A DNA stretch of 60,209 bases, taken from the NCBI GenBank assembly GCA_023247215.1, contig JAHFGX010000002.1:1-60209 (forward strand), given 5' to 3'. The translations under genes and the position numbers were made by a program. Under the pieces are notes generated by a model, which saw nothing but the letters and a program-made list of their open reading frames with translations, searched no databases and had not been told where the DNA came from. How positions within the stretch are numbered: position 1 is the first letter of the stretch; each line of letters begins with the position of its first letter. This document shows, piece by piece, positions 31,737-39,602 of the stretch. This stretch comes from Candidatus Omnitrophota bacterium (GTDB taxonomy: Bacteria > Omnitrophota > Gorgyraeia > Aquiviventales > Aquiviventaceae).

Positions 31737-32525
31737 TTAGAAGGGAACGACGATCCCTTTCTCCTGCAGTTTGATGACGCGCGTTTGGGCGAACGAGTAA
31801 AGCCGAGCAGGCCGCTGGCGGCCCTCCCCCCGGCGCTCGCTGGTGGAGCGGAGGATCCCCAGCTGCAGCATCTTCTTGCGGAAATTGCGCTTGTCCAGGG
31901 CGGTGCCGAGGATCACCTCATAGGCCTGCTGCAGCTCGGAGAGGGTGAACTTCTTCGGCAGCAATTGAAACCCAACGCTGGTGTAGTTGACCTTGTGGCG
32001 CAACCGCTCCAGCGCCAGCGCGACGATCTGCCGGTGGTCGAACGCCAGCTCCGGCAGGCGCGTGACCGGACACCAGCGGCCGAGTGCTCCCTGGCCGTCC
32101 CGGCCGGCGGACGCCACCGGGGGCAGGGCCTGTCCCCGCAACTGCGCCCACTCCACCACCGCATAGTAGCTGACGCTGATCACCCGGCCCCGTGGATCCC
32201 GGTTCAGGTTCCCAAAGGTGTAGAGTTGCTCCAGGTAGACGCGGGTGATGTGGGTTTCTTCCTGCAGCTCGCGCAAGGCGGCTTCATCCACCGACTCGTG
32301 GGCGCGGACGAACCCGCCTGGCAGCGACCACGCGCCCGCGAACGGCGGCTGCTGCCGCGTGATCAGCAGCACCTTCAAGGCCCCCTCATGGATGGTGAAC
32401 AGCACCACGTCCACCGCCACGGCATGGGACGCAGGGGAGAGCGCCGAGGCGGGCGCGGAAGATTCAGTTGGGATCGTGTCTGTGGACGGCGTGGCGCTGC
32501 GCATCGTTGAGTAAGTGTACAACAT
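31737..32525 (-). CDS. nrtR: NrtR family Nudix-related transcriptional regulator of NAD metabolism
   Basis: N-terminal Nudix fold with box GFVRAHESVDEAALRELQEETHI. C-terminal winged-helix region LP.KFTLSELQQAYEVILGTALDKRNFRKK is typical of NrtR. Sits directly upstream of nadA; alternative start at 32504. Confidence 0.75.
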   Translation of the reverse strand: MLYTYSTMRSATPSTDTIPTESSAPASALSPASHAVAVDVVLFTIHEGALKVLLITRQQPPFAGAWSLPGGFVRAHESVDEAALRELQEETHITRVYLEQLYTFGNLNRDPRGRVISVSYYAVVEWAQLRGQALPPVASAGRDGQGALGRWCPVTRLPELAFDHRQIVALALERLRHKVNYTSVGFQLLPKKFTLSELQQAYEVILGTALDKRNFRKKMLQLGILRSTSERRGEGRQRPARLYSFAQTRVIKLQEKGIVVPF

Positions 32526-32555
32526 ACACCTTGAATATAGTGTACGACATACACT
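32515..32555. promoter_or_regulatory. two palindromic operators GTGTA-N5-TACAC (candidate NrtR sites)
   Basis: GTGTAcaacaTACAC (32515-32529) and AGTGTAcgacaTACACT (32539-32555). Confidence 0.5.
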
Positions 32556-32563
32556 GGTGTCAA
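32534..32563 (-). promoter_or_regulatory. candidate nrtR-nadA promoter TTGACA-N18-TATATT
   Basis: Minus-strand TTGACA (32563-32558) and TATATT (32539-32534). One operator fills the spacer and the other covers +1. Confidence 0.45.
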
Positions 32564-32671
32564 GTGTGAAAAGGTCTGGTCCCTGAGGTGGACTGCCCGC
32601 CCAGCCTCTCAGACCCGAGGCAGGAGACGCTTGCCAGGTCCCAAGGCAATGCGGTATGATTAGCCTGAGAC

Positions 32672-33739
32672 ATGGTCAAATTGCTCGTCGCAGACGACGA
32701 ACAGAAGATCTGTGAGATCCTCCACGCGTTCTTCTCGGAGCGGGGCTACCATGTCCTGATGGCGCACGATGGGCCGTCAGCGCTGGCCTGCATCCGGGAG
32801 GAGCGCCCCCACGTTGTGTTTCTCGATTTGCGCATGCCCGGCCTCGACGGCCTGGATATCCTCAAGCAAGCCAAGGCGATTGACGCCACCATCAAGATCA
32901 TCGTCGTGACCGCAATTGAGGATGACGTCGTGGTGCAGCAGGCCAAGGCCTTGGGCGCCACCGATTACGTCACCAAGCCCTTTACCCTCGAGTACCTCAA
33001 GGAGGACGTCCTCACCAAGGTGAGCATTTCCTTATATGAAGACCTCCGGAAGGTCAACGAGGAGCTCAAAGAGTCGGTGGAACGGCTGAAGAACGTGGTG
33101 CATGGCATCGTGGCGGCGTTCTCCGCCGTGATCTCGAAAATTGACCCGCACTATACCCACCAGCACGTCGTGCGCAGCGTGGACTACGCCTCCAAGATCA
33201 TCCGGAAGCTGCGGGAACAGGGGCGGTCCTCTGAATTCGGCGGGACGCCGGAAGAGGTGCTGCTGGCCGGGGTGCTCCTGCATGACATCGGCAAGATTTT
33301 CACCCCCAAAGAGATTCTCTATAAAGCCGGTCCGCTCAGCGACGAGGAGATGGCGATTATGCGCCGCCATCCGGTGGATGGCGCGGAAGTGCTGGAACGC
33401 ATTGCCGGTCTGAAGGATATGGCCAAGAATGTGCGCTATCATCACGAGCGCTATGACGGCTTAGGCTACCCGGAAGGCCGCAAGGGGCTGGAGATTCCCA
33501 TCGGCGCCCGAATCGCCTCCGTGGTGGACGCCTTCGATGCGATGATCAGCAATCGGCCGTACCGCAAAGCCATGCCGGTGGAGCAGGCCTTGGACGAGCT
33601 GAAGCGCCACCGGGGAACCCAGTTCGACCCCCAGGTGGTGGATACCCTCATTGCGCTCTACCGTGAAGGGAAGCTGAACGTCAACCACTCAGATCACGAC
33701 AACGATCCAAGCCCTCCAGAGTCCAAACTCGTCTACTAA
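32672..33739 (+). CDS. response regulator with HD-GYP c-di-GMP phosphodiesterase domain (RpfG family)
   Basis: REC (LLVADDE, FLDLRMPGLDG, TKPF) followed by an HD-GYP domain: LLHDIGK, HPVDGA, HHERYDGLGYPEG. Confidence 0.85.
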   Translation: MVKLLVADDEQKICEILHAFFSERGYHVLMAHDGPSALACIREERPHVVFLDLRMPGLDGLDILKQAKAIDATIKIIVVTAIEDDVVVQQAKALGATDYVTKPFTLEYLKEDVLTKVSISLYEDLRKVNEELKESVERLKNVVHGIVAAFSAVISKIDPHYTHQHVVRSVDYASKIIRKLREQGRSSEFGGTPEEVLLAGVLLHDIGKIFTPKEILYKAGPLSDEEMAIMRRHPVDGAEVLERIAGLKDMAKNVRYHHERYDGLGYPEGRKGLEIPIGARIASVVDAFDAMISNRPYRKAMPVEQALDELKRHRGTQFDPQVVDTLIALYREGKLNVNHSDHDNDPSPPESKLVY

Positions 33740-33767
33740 ACCTCTCACCTCTTTTCCTAAGAGGCCT

Positions 33768-33803
33768 ATCGCGGCTCATTCCTCGTGAGCTGGGAGCCGC
33801 GAT
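33768..33803 (+). terminator. 10-bp hairpin downstream of the HD-GYP gene (no T-run)
   Basis: ATCGCGGCTC ... GAGCCGCGAT perfect inverted repeat. Confidence 0.3.
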
Positions 33804-33846
33804 CTAAGACTGGCATCCCTAGGAACAAGCCGCTATAATGCCCCCC

Positions 33847-34587
33847 ATGCAACTGACCAACCGCGTCGCCGTCATCACCGGCGGAGCCCGAGGGATCGGC
33901 CGGGAGATCGCGCTGCTGTTTGCCAAGGAAGGGGCCGATTGCGTCCTCTTTGATGTGAACGAGCAGGCCCTCCAGAGCACCGTCCAGGAGCTGGAAGCGC
34001 TGGGGCGGCGGGCGCTGGGCCTGGTGGTGGATGTGACCAGCGCGGCTGCGGTGGAGGACGCCGTCTCAAAAGTGCTTGACAAGATGGGGCGGCTCGATAT
34101 ACTCATCAACAACGCGGGGATCACCCAGGATGGGTTGCTCGTCCGCATGGATGAAACCCAGTGGGATCGCGTCCTTGACATCAATCTAAAGGGTTCCTTC
34201 CTGTGCACCCGGGCGGCCGCCAAGGTGATGCTCAAAGCTCGATCCGGCCGGATCGTGAGCATCGCGTCCATCGTTGGGATCATCGGCAACCCGGGCCAAG
34301 CGAACTACGCGGCCTCCAAAGCGGGGCTGGTGGGCTTCACGAAATCCGTGGCGAGGGAGCTGGCCAGTCGTGGCGTGACCTGCAACGCCATCGCTCCAGG
34401 ATTTATTCAAACGGATATGACGCACCGCCTGCCGGAAGACGTGAAGCAGCGGTTGCGGGAGCAGATTCCGATGGGCACGCTGGGCGAACCCGGCGACGTG
34501 GCGCAGGCGGCGTTGTTTCTCGTGAGTGATGCATCCCGGTACATCACGGGGCATGTGCTCGTGGTGGCCGGGGGGCTGGGCATGTAG
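33847..34587 (+). CDS. fabG: 3-oxoacyl-ACP reductase
   Basis: [22 protein letters not shown], and the S...YAASKAG catalytic motif. Start chosen 7 nt after TATAAT (33834-33839); the ORF-track start is 33838. Confidence 0.9.
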   Translation: MQLTNRVAVITGGARGIGREIALLFAKEGADCVLFDVNEQALQSTVQELEALGRRALGLVVDVTSAAAVEDAVSKVLDKMGRLDILINNAGITQDGLLVRMDETQWDRVLDINLKGSFLCTRAAAKVMLKARSGRIVSIASIVGIIGNPGQANYAASKAGLVGFTKSVARELASRGVTCNAIAPGFIQTDMTHRLPEDVKQRLREQIPMGTLGEPGDVAQAALFLVSDASRYITGHVLVVAGGLGM

Positions 34588-34601
34588 GAGGCACACACAG
34601 C

Positions 34602-34850
34602 ATGGCGGAAGCGGTCCACGATCGGGTTCGGGCGATTATTGCCGAGCAACTCGGCGTAAAGTTGGAAGAGGTCACGGACAGCGCGTCGTTTATCGAGGAT
34701 CTGGGCGCGGATTCGCTCGACACCGTCGAGTTGGTCATGGCCCTGGAAGAAGAGTTCGGCGTCGAGATTCCGGATGAGGATGCCGAGAAGATGGTCACGG
34801 TCGGGGACGCCATTAAGTATATCGAGCAAAAAGCTTCCGGCGCGAAGTAA
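34602..34850 (+). CDS. acpP: acyl carrier protein
   Basis: [20 protein letters not shown] phosphopantetheine attachment site. Confidence 0.95.
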   Translation: MAEAVHDRVRAIIAEQLGVKLEEVTDSASFIEDLGADSLDTVELVMALEEEFGVEIPDEDAEKMVTVGDAIKYIEQKASGAK

Positions 34851-34883
34851 TCTGTGTTCGTTGGCGTGCAGTTCGTTAGCCAG

Positions 34884-34918
34884 ACGTCCGCAACCCCTTG
34901 CGGACGTTGTTCTTTTTT
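34884..34918 (+). terminator. acpP-fabF intergenic terminator/attenuator
   Basis: ACGTCCGCAA-cccc-TTGCGGACGT followed by TGTTCTTTTTT. Confidence 0.65.
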
Positions 34919-34942
34919 GAGGGGGAGGGATCGGTGCTCTTA

Positions 34943-36181
34943 ATGAAGCGGGTGGTCGTCACCGGGGTCGGCGCCGTGACGCCGGTGGGCAATGACGTGC
35001 CCACCATGTGGGCCAATCTCGTCAAGGGGGTGAGCGGCATTGACCGGATCACCTCCTTCGACGCCAGCCTCTTTGCCTCCCAGATCGCTGCCGAAATCAA
35101 GGGGTTTGATCCGGCCGCGTATCTGGGTCCGAAGGAGATCAGGCGGACCGAGCGCTTCGTGCAGCTGGCGGTCGCGTCGGCCAAGCAGGCCGTGGCGGAT
35201 GCCGGATTGGCGCTGGAGAAGGAGAATCCCTTTCGGGTCGGGGTCCTGGTGGGGTCCGGGATGGGCAGCCTGCATCTGATCGAAGAGCAGCACAGCCTCT
35301 TTTTGAGCAAAGGCCCGGACAAGATCAGCCCCTTCATGATCCCGATGATCATCGTCAACATGGCGGCGGGGCAGGTGGCCATCAGCCTGGGCGCCAAGGG
35401 CCCAAATTCCTGCCCGGCGACTGCGTGCGCCTCCGGGGCCCATGGCGTGGGGGAGGCCTTCCGCATCGTCCAGCGGGGGGATGCGGAGGTGATGATCGCC
35501 GGGGGCACCGAAAGCTGCGTCACCAAGATGGCGGTCGGCGGCTTCTGCGCGCTGATGGCGCTCTCGCGGCGCAACGACGCGCCGGCCAAGGCCAGCCGCC
35601 CCTTTGACAAAGAGCGGGACGGCTTCGTGATCGGGGAAGGCGCGGGCTTGATGGTGCTGGAAGAGCTGGAGCATGCCACGCGGCGCGGCGCCCGGATCTA
35701 CGCGGAAATGGCCGGCTACGGCCGGACCGCGGACGCCTACCACATGACCGCGCCCGACCCGGACGGGGCCGGGGCGGCGGAGGCGATGCGCCTGGCGCTG
35801 GAGGATGCCCGGCTGAACCCGGAGCAGCTCTCCTATATTAACGCGCACGGGACCTCCACCGAGCTGAACGACAAGATTGAGACCCGCGCCATCAAGCAGA
35901 CCTGCGGGGCGTCAGCCAAGCGGATCCCCGTGTCCTCCACCAAGTCCATGACCGGCCACATGATCGGGGCGGCCGGCGGGGTGGAAGCGATTATCAGCTG
36001 CCTGGCCATCCACCACAGCACCCTGCCTCCGACCATCAACTACGAGCACCCGGACCCGGAATGCGACCTGGATTACGTGCCCAACCAGGCCCGCCAGGCC
36101 CGGGTCGACAGCGCCCTCTCCAACTCCCTCGGCTTTGGCGGCCACAACGCCACGCTCGTCTTCAAGAAGTTCCGCGGCTAA
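34943..36181 (+). CDS. fabF: 3-oxoacyl-ACP synthase II
   Basis: MKRVVVTGVGAVTP, active-site ATACASG, HGTST, and the GHMIGAAG/GFGGHN motifs. The ORF-track start at 34898 lies in the terminator. Confidence 0.95.
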   Translation: MKRVVVTGVGAVTPVGNDVPTMWANLVKGVSGIDRITSFDASLFASQIAAEIKGFDPAAYLGPKEIRRTERFVQLAVASAKQAVADAGLALEKENPFRVGVLVGSGMGSLHLIEEQHSLFLSKGPDKISPFMIPMIIVNMAAGQVAISLGAKGPNSCPATACASGAHGVGEAFRIVQRGDAEVMIAGGTESCVTKMAVGGFCALMALSRRNDAPAKASRPFDKERDGFVIGEGAGLMVLEELEHATRRGARIYAEMAGYGRTADAYHMTAPDPDGAGAAEAMRLALEDARLNPEQLSYINAHGTSTELNDKIETRAIKQTCGASAKRIPVSSTKSMTGHMIGAAGGVEAIISCLAIHHSTLPPTINYEHPDPECDLDYVPNQARQARVDSALSNSLGFGGHNATLVFKKFRG

Positions 36182-36348
36182 CCCCCTCCCCCTTGCGGGG
36201 CGATCTTCAACGGGCTGGCGGTGGAGCGGGTGTCTTTGAAGCCATCGTGCGGGACTTGCGCGTGCTGCGGGCGAGTGGCCGAAGGCCCTCACCCCCTCCC
36301 TCGGCGAGCATCCTGGATAGCCGAACGCTGCAAGGGATCGCCCACCCC

Positions 36349-38613
36349 TTACGGTTTCACCACGGTGATCGAGCCGCTGGCCATGTTGGGCGTGGGCCCA
36401 CCTTTATCGGTTGCGGTCACGGTGATGGAGTGTGAACCCGCGGCCACGTTATTCACCGACCAGTTCATGCTACAGGAGCTCGTGTTGGAGCAGACCTTGA
36501 CCGACTTCTGATCGATGAAGACCTCGATCCGGCTGATGCCGCTCGCATCGCTGGCGGTGGCCGCAATCTTCGCCGTGCCCTTCCGGGGGAGGAGGGCGCC
36601 AGCCGCCGGGCTCGTAATCGTCACCGTGGGCGGAGTCGTGTCCGGGGTGAGGACGTTGTAGGTCGCGGAAGCCGAAGCGGCATAATGCGCATCGGCCGCG
36701 TTGGTGGCCGTTTCGGTCAGCGTGTAGAACCCCACGGCCGCATCGGTCGGCGCGGTGACGCTGATGGCTTGGTTGACGCTGGCTCCCGAGGCCGCATTGA
36801 GGCTGAAGCTCGCCGGGCTCTGCGACCAGCCCGCGGGGAGGGTCGGTGCGACGTTGAAGGTCGCTGCAGGGCACGAGTTGTTGTTGTTCGTGAGCGTGAG
36901 GGTATAGGGCAGCGTCTGGCCCGGGAAGCCCCACTGACTCGACGGTGAGACCGAAAGGCTCGGGTTCGACGGCGTGCAGACGGGGGGAACAAACGCAATG
37001 TCCACCGCCGCCCCGGTGGCGGAGACGCTCCTGGTCGTCGCCGTGATCCCTTTGATGGGGTCGTAGAACGTCTGGCCCACGGCGAGGGCCGCATCCGAGA
37101 ACGAGGACGTCGCAGGCGTGGCGTCAATCAGCTGGGATTGCGTGATCGTCGTATAGGGCGGGGCGAGGCGAATAGAGACGCCGTTCACGACGGGTGCGGT
37201 CGAGCTGAACGCGTCAAAGACGCCATACGGCTGGCGGAACTCGAGGTAGTAGTACTTGAGCACGCTGCCCCCGGAGGTGACGTCGCGGGGAATGCGCAAC
37301 ACCTGGGCCCCGCCCGAGGCCCATTCCAGCGGCGCGATCGTGTAGGTCCCGCTCACCGTGATATCCTGCGTGTTGACGGGGTCGAACACGCCCAACTGCC
37401 CCTTGTGGTAGTTGTTCGGATGGTTGGTCGAGCTCCCCATAATGTCGAATGGATCGCCGTATTCATTCGAGATGCAGGTGGCGCTGATCGCCACATGCTG
37501 ACCGCTGCTGTCGGTGCAGGCGTAGCTATTGCCATGGTGCATGGTAAAGTTGTGGCCCAGCTCATGCCCGGCCACACGCGTCTGGTACGACCCGTTGACC
37601 CACGAGGAGCCAGGAGACCCGCCGATCGTGCCCAGGCCCCACCACGCACAGGACCCGGTGTTCGGAAAGGCGTAGACGACCTGGGTATAGCCGGTGATGT
37701 TGAATCCATCGGCCGCCGCTGCGGTCCGAGCGGCTGAGGCCCAGGTCGACGTATCGCAGGTCGTGTTGTCATAGGGGATGGTATACCAGCCATAGACATC
37801 CCCATCCACATTGAGCTTGCCCTGGATGGCCCACTTGCCGAACGAGACTGCCTGATAAAAGGCGTTCACCCCATTGGTATCCGTGAAGGTGACCGCTTTG
37901 GCCGTTGCGGGCGTGTACGGTTGTACCGCGTTGTTCTGAAAATTGAACAGAAGGACGGCGATATTCTTGATAGTGGACGGCACAAGGGTTGCAGCCGTGA
38001 TCGTTTCAACGCTGCCGCTGTCCGCTGACAGTAACGCCATCTGGTCCGCCAACCGCACCCCATGGACCGCGATCTGAGAGTCGGTTGGCAGGTCGGGACC
38101 CTTGCCGTCGACGAAATGGAGCGTGATGTGCTCACCGGCGTTGGTGGTGAGCGTGTAGAGGCCCGTGGCGATCTGTAGGTCCAAGTCGCTGGCGATGGTC
38201 ACCGTCAAGCTCCCCTTGAGACTGGTGTGCTGTTCCACCCCATCACGGAGGTTCTCAGGGAATGAGTTGCGGACTGCCTCTGGGAGGGCGACCTCAAGGA
38301 CCACTTCCGGATGTTTTTCCATCAGCGCAAGAAGCGCCTTTCGACGCTCCAGGGCTGTCTGCGTGAGCTGATTGAGTATCTCGGCTCGTTGCGCTGCCGG
38401 AGCTCGATCGAGCGCTTCGTGCAGTCGAAGTAGCTGCAAGGTGAGCGGATGGATGACACTCAGCGCTCCTGTGCTGGGGGCGTCCTCCTCATGCGCCGCC
38501 GCTGGGCCTGGAAGCTGGACGCATAACGAGCTTGCCACCACAATCCCCACAAGCCTCACGATCGCGTTTGTAGGCCAGTATCCGATACGACGAGTACGGG
38601 CGTGCCCACTCAT
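36349..38613 (-). CDS. secreted zinc metalloprotease, gametolysin (M11)-like catalytic domain plus C-terminal Ig-like domains
   Basis: N-terminal signal with an RTRR motif. HELGHNFTMHH (HExxHxxxxxH) at 37534-37566. Upstream IAVLLFNFQNN...FYQAVSFGK pattern, C-terminal beta-rich repeats and a terminal Ig-like domain (IEVFIDQKSV...HSITVTATD). GGAGGAGG Shine-Dalgarno. Confidence 0.7.
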   Translation of the reverse strand: MSGHARTRRIGYWPTNAIVRLVGIVVASSLCVQLPGPAAAHEEDAPSTGALSVIHPLTLQLLRLHEALDRAPAAQRAEILNQLTQTALERRKALLALMEKHPEVVLEVALPEAVRNSFPENLRDGVEQHTSLKGSLTVTIASDLDLQIATGLYTLTTNAGEHITLHFVDGKGPDLPTDSQIAVHGVRLADQMALLSADSGSVETITAATLVPSTIKNIAVLLFNFQNNAVQPYTPATAKAVTFTDTNGVNAFYQAVSFGKWAIQGKLNVDGDVYGWYTIPYDNTTCDTSTWASAARTAAAADGFNITGYTQVVYAFPNTGSCAWWGLGTIGGSPGSSWVNGSYQTRVAGHELGHNFTMHHGNSYACTDSSGQHVAISATCISNEYGDPFDIMGSSTNHPNNYHKGQLGVFDPVNTQDITVSGTYTIAPLEWASGGAQVLRIPRDVTSGGSVLKYYYLEFRQPYGVFDAFSSTAPVVNGVSIRLAPPYTTITQSQLIDATPATSSFSDAALAVGQTFYDPIKGITATTRSVSATGAAVDIAFVPPVCTPSNPSLSVSPSSQWGFPGQTLPYTLTLTNNNNSCPAATFNVAPTLPAGWSQSPASFSLNAASGASVNQAISVTAPTDAAVGFYTLTETATNAADAHYAASASATYNVLTPDTTPPTVTITSPAAGALLPRKGTAKIAATASDASGISRIEVFIDQKSVKVCSNTSSCSMNWSVNNVAAGSHSITVTATDKGGPTPNMASGSITVVKP

Positions 38614-38844
38614 CGTCCTCCTCCGGGTTTGCCTTGATCAGGAAGGCTCACGTTGTATCCAACTATCCAAACCGTACTTGACGGCTCGCCAGCGCGTCAA
38701 GAGATAGAAAATGACGCAACGTTATCAGAAACTGAGCAAGATTAATCGGGTAGTGGTTGTCGGGGTCTGACTTGACTGCTGCCCACGTCCTTCGTGATAG
38801 CCGGTGATCGTGGTCTCAGGGAGCTAAACATGCACTCCGGCTCG

Positions 38845-38874
38845 TTGACAAATTCTTCTCGGGTTGGGTAATGT
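38845..38874 (+). promoter_or_regulatory. candidate promoter TTGACA-N18-TAATGT of the secretion operon
   Basis: TTGACA at 38845-38850 and TAATGT at 38869-38874, about 25 nt upstream of the riboswitch-like element. Confidence 0.3.
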
Positions 38875-38902
38875 TTAACTAGATATTTGAAAAGTAGTTA
38901 GT

Positions 38903-39025
38903 CAGCCACGAGAAAGGCAAACCTCCCCGCCAATGGGTTGGGCCGGGGACCCGCCGACGCAGTGATGGCGGGCTCGGGAACGAGGGGACGCAAAACCACG
39001 GGTCCCAGTGAGGATAGCCTGGCTG
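38903..39025 (+). ncRNA. candidate c-di-GMP-I (GEMM-I)-like riboswitch aptamer
   Basis: AAAGGCAAACC (38913-38923) and GGGGACGCAAAACC (38984-38997) match the two most conserved GEMM-I segments. They flank a hairpin closed by CCTC/GAGG, and the whole element is closed by a 6-bp P1 CAGCCA/TGGCTG (38903-38908 with 39020-39025). Confidence 0.45.
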
Positions 39026-39214
39026 CCACACGATTGACGCTAGGTTCTCCCCCCACGGATAGCCGGGTTGCCGCATCGGGGCATCTGACCTGTGAGGGGA
39101 AGAACCGTCACGAAGCTTCACTCAACTTCGTTCGCCTCTTGGCGGACCACCCCTCAATCAGATTTCCCCTTATGAGGTCCAAAATTCTGTGGTAAGGTAG
39201 GACGAGGGGGTGGT

Positions 39215-39583
39215 GTGGGAGAGATGAAGACCTTATTGATCGTCGATGATGAAAGCAAGGTCTGCCTTCTGCTGTCACGATTTTTTGAACAGCGGGGGTT
39301 GCGGACGCTGACCGCCACCTCAGGGACGGAAGCGCTGCAGAAGCTGGAGGCGGAGACCCCGGAGTACCTCTTATTGGATATCCGCATGCCGGATATGTCG
39401 GGGCTGGAGGTCTTGAAGCTGGCCAAGCAGCGGCACCCTCGCCTCAACGTCGTGATGTTAACTGGGTGCACTGACGCTGAAGCGGCTCAAACCGCCTTTC
39501 AACTGGGTGCGACCGACTACCTCACCAAACCGTTCCGATGGGGAGACCAGGAACTCGCGCGCGTTTTCTTTGACCCGAATTGA
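39215..39583 (+). CDS. single-domain response regulator (CheY-like REC), first gene of the secretion operon
   Basis: LLIVDDES, LLLDIRMPDMSG, VVMLTG and TKPF. GTG at 39215 or ATG at 39224. Confidence 0.8.
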   Translation: MGEMKTLLIVDDESKVCLLLSRFFEQRGLRTLTATSGTEALQKLEAETPEYLLLDIRMPDMSGLEVLKLAKQRHPRLNVVMLTGCTDAEAAQTAFQLGATDYLTKPFRWGDQELARVFFDPN

Positions 39584-39602
39584 CTTCCCCACCTCTTCGC
39601 TG

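Noticed and set aside
39026-39110. Second (tandem) GEMM-like aptamer suggested by GGATAGCCGGGTTGCC at ~39057-39072.
   Set aside because: Only a short resemblance to the 3' part of the Vc2 aptamer. The GGCAAACC and ACGCAAA core segments are missing, so it is more likely part of the expression platform.
38638-39214. ORFs 38879-39121(-) and 38938-39195(+) in the intergenic region upstream of the secretion operon.
   Set aside because: They have no Shine-Dalgarno and no recognisable motifs, and they overlap each other on opposite strands. The region is better explained as a promoter plus a structured 5' leader (riboswitch candidate).
39507-39602. N-terminal extensions of tracked ORFs. Examples: gspE from 39507, spoIID-like from 18096, yajC from 19331, rsmD from 25964, fabH from 28684, fabF from 34898, rpmB ORF to 24500, 9738 start.
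   Set aside because: The extensions overlap the upstream gene or terminators and have atypical composition. Internal ATGs give N-termini that match family consensus and show start/stop overlaps typical of coupling.
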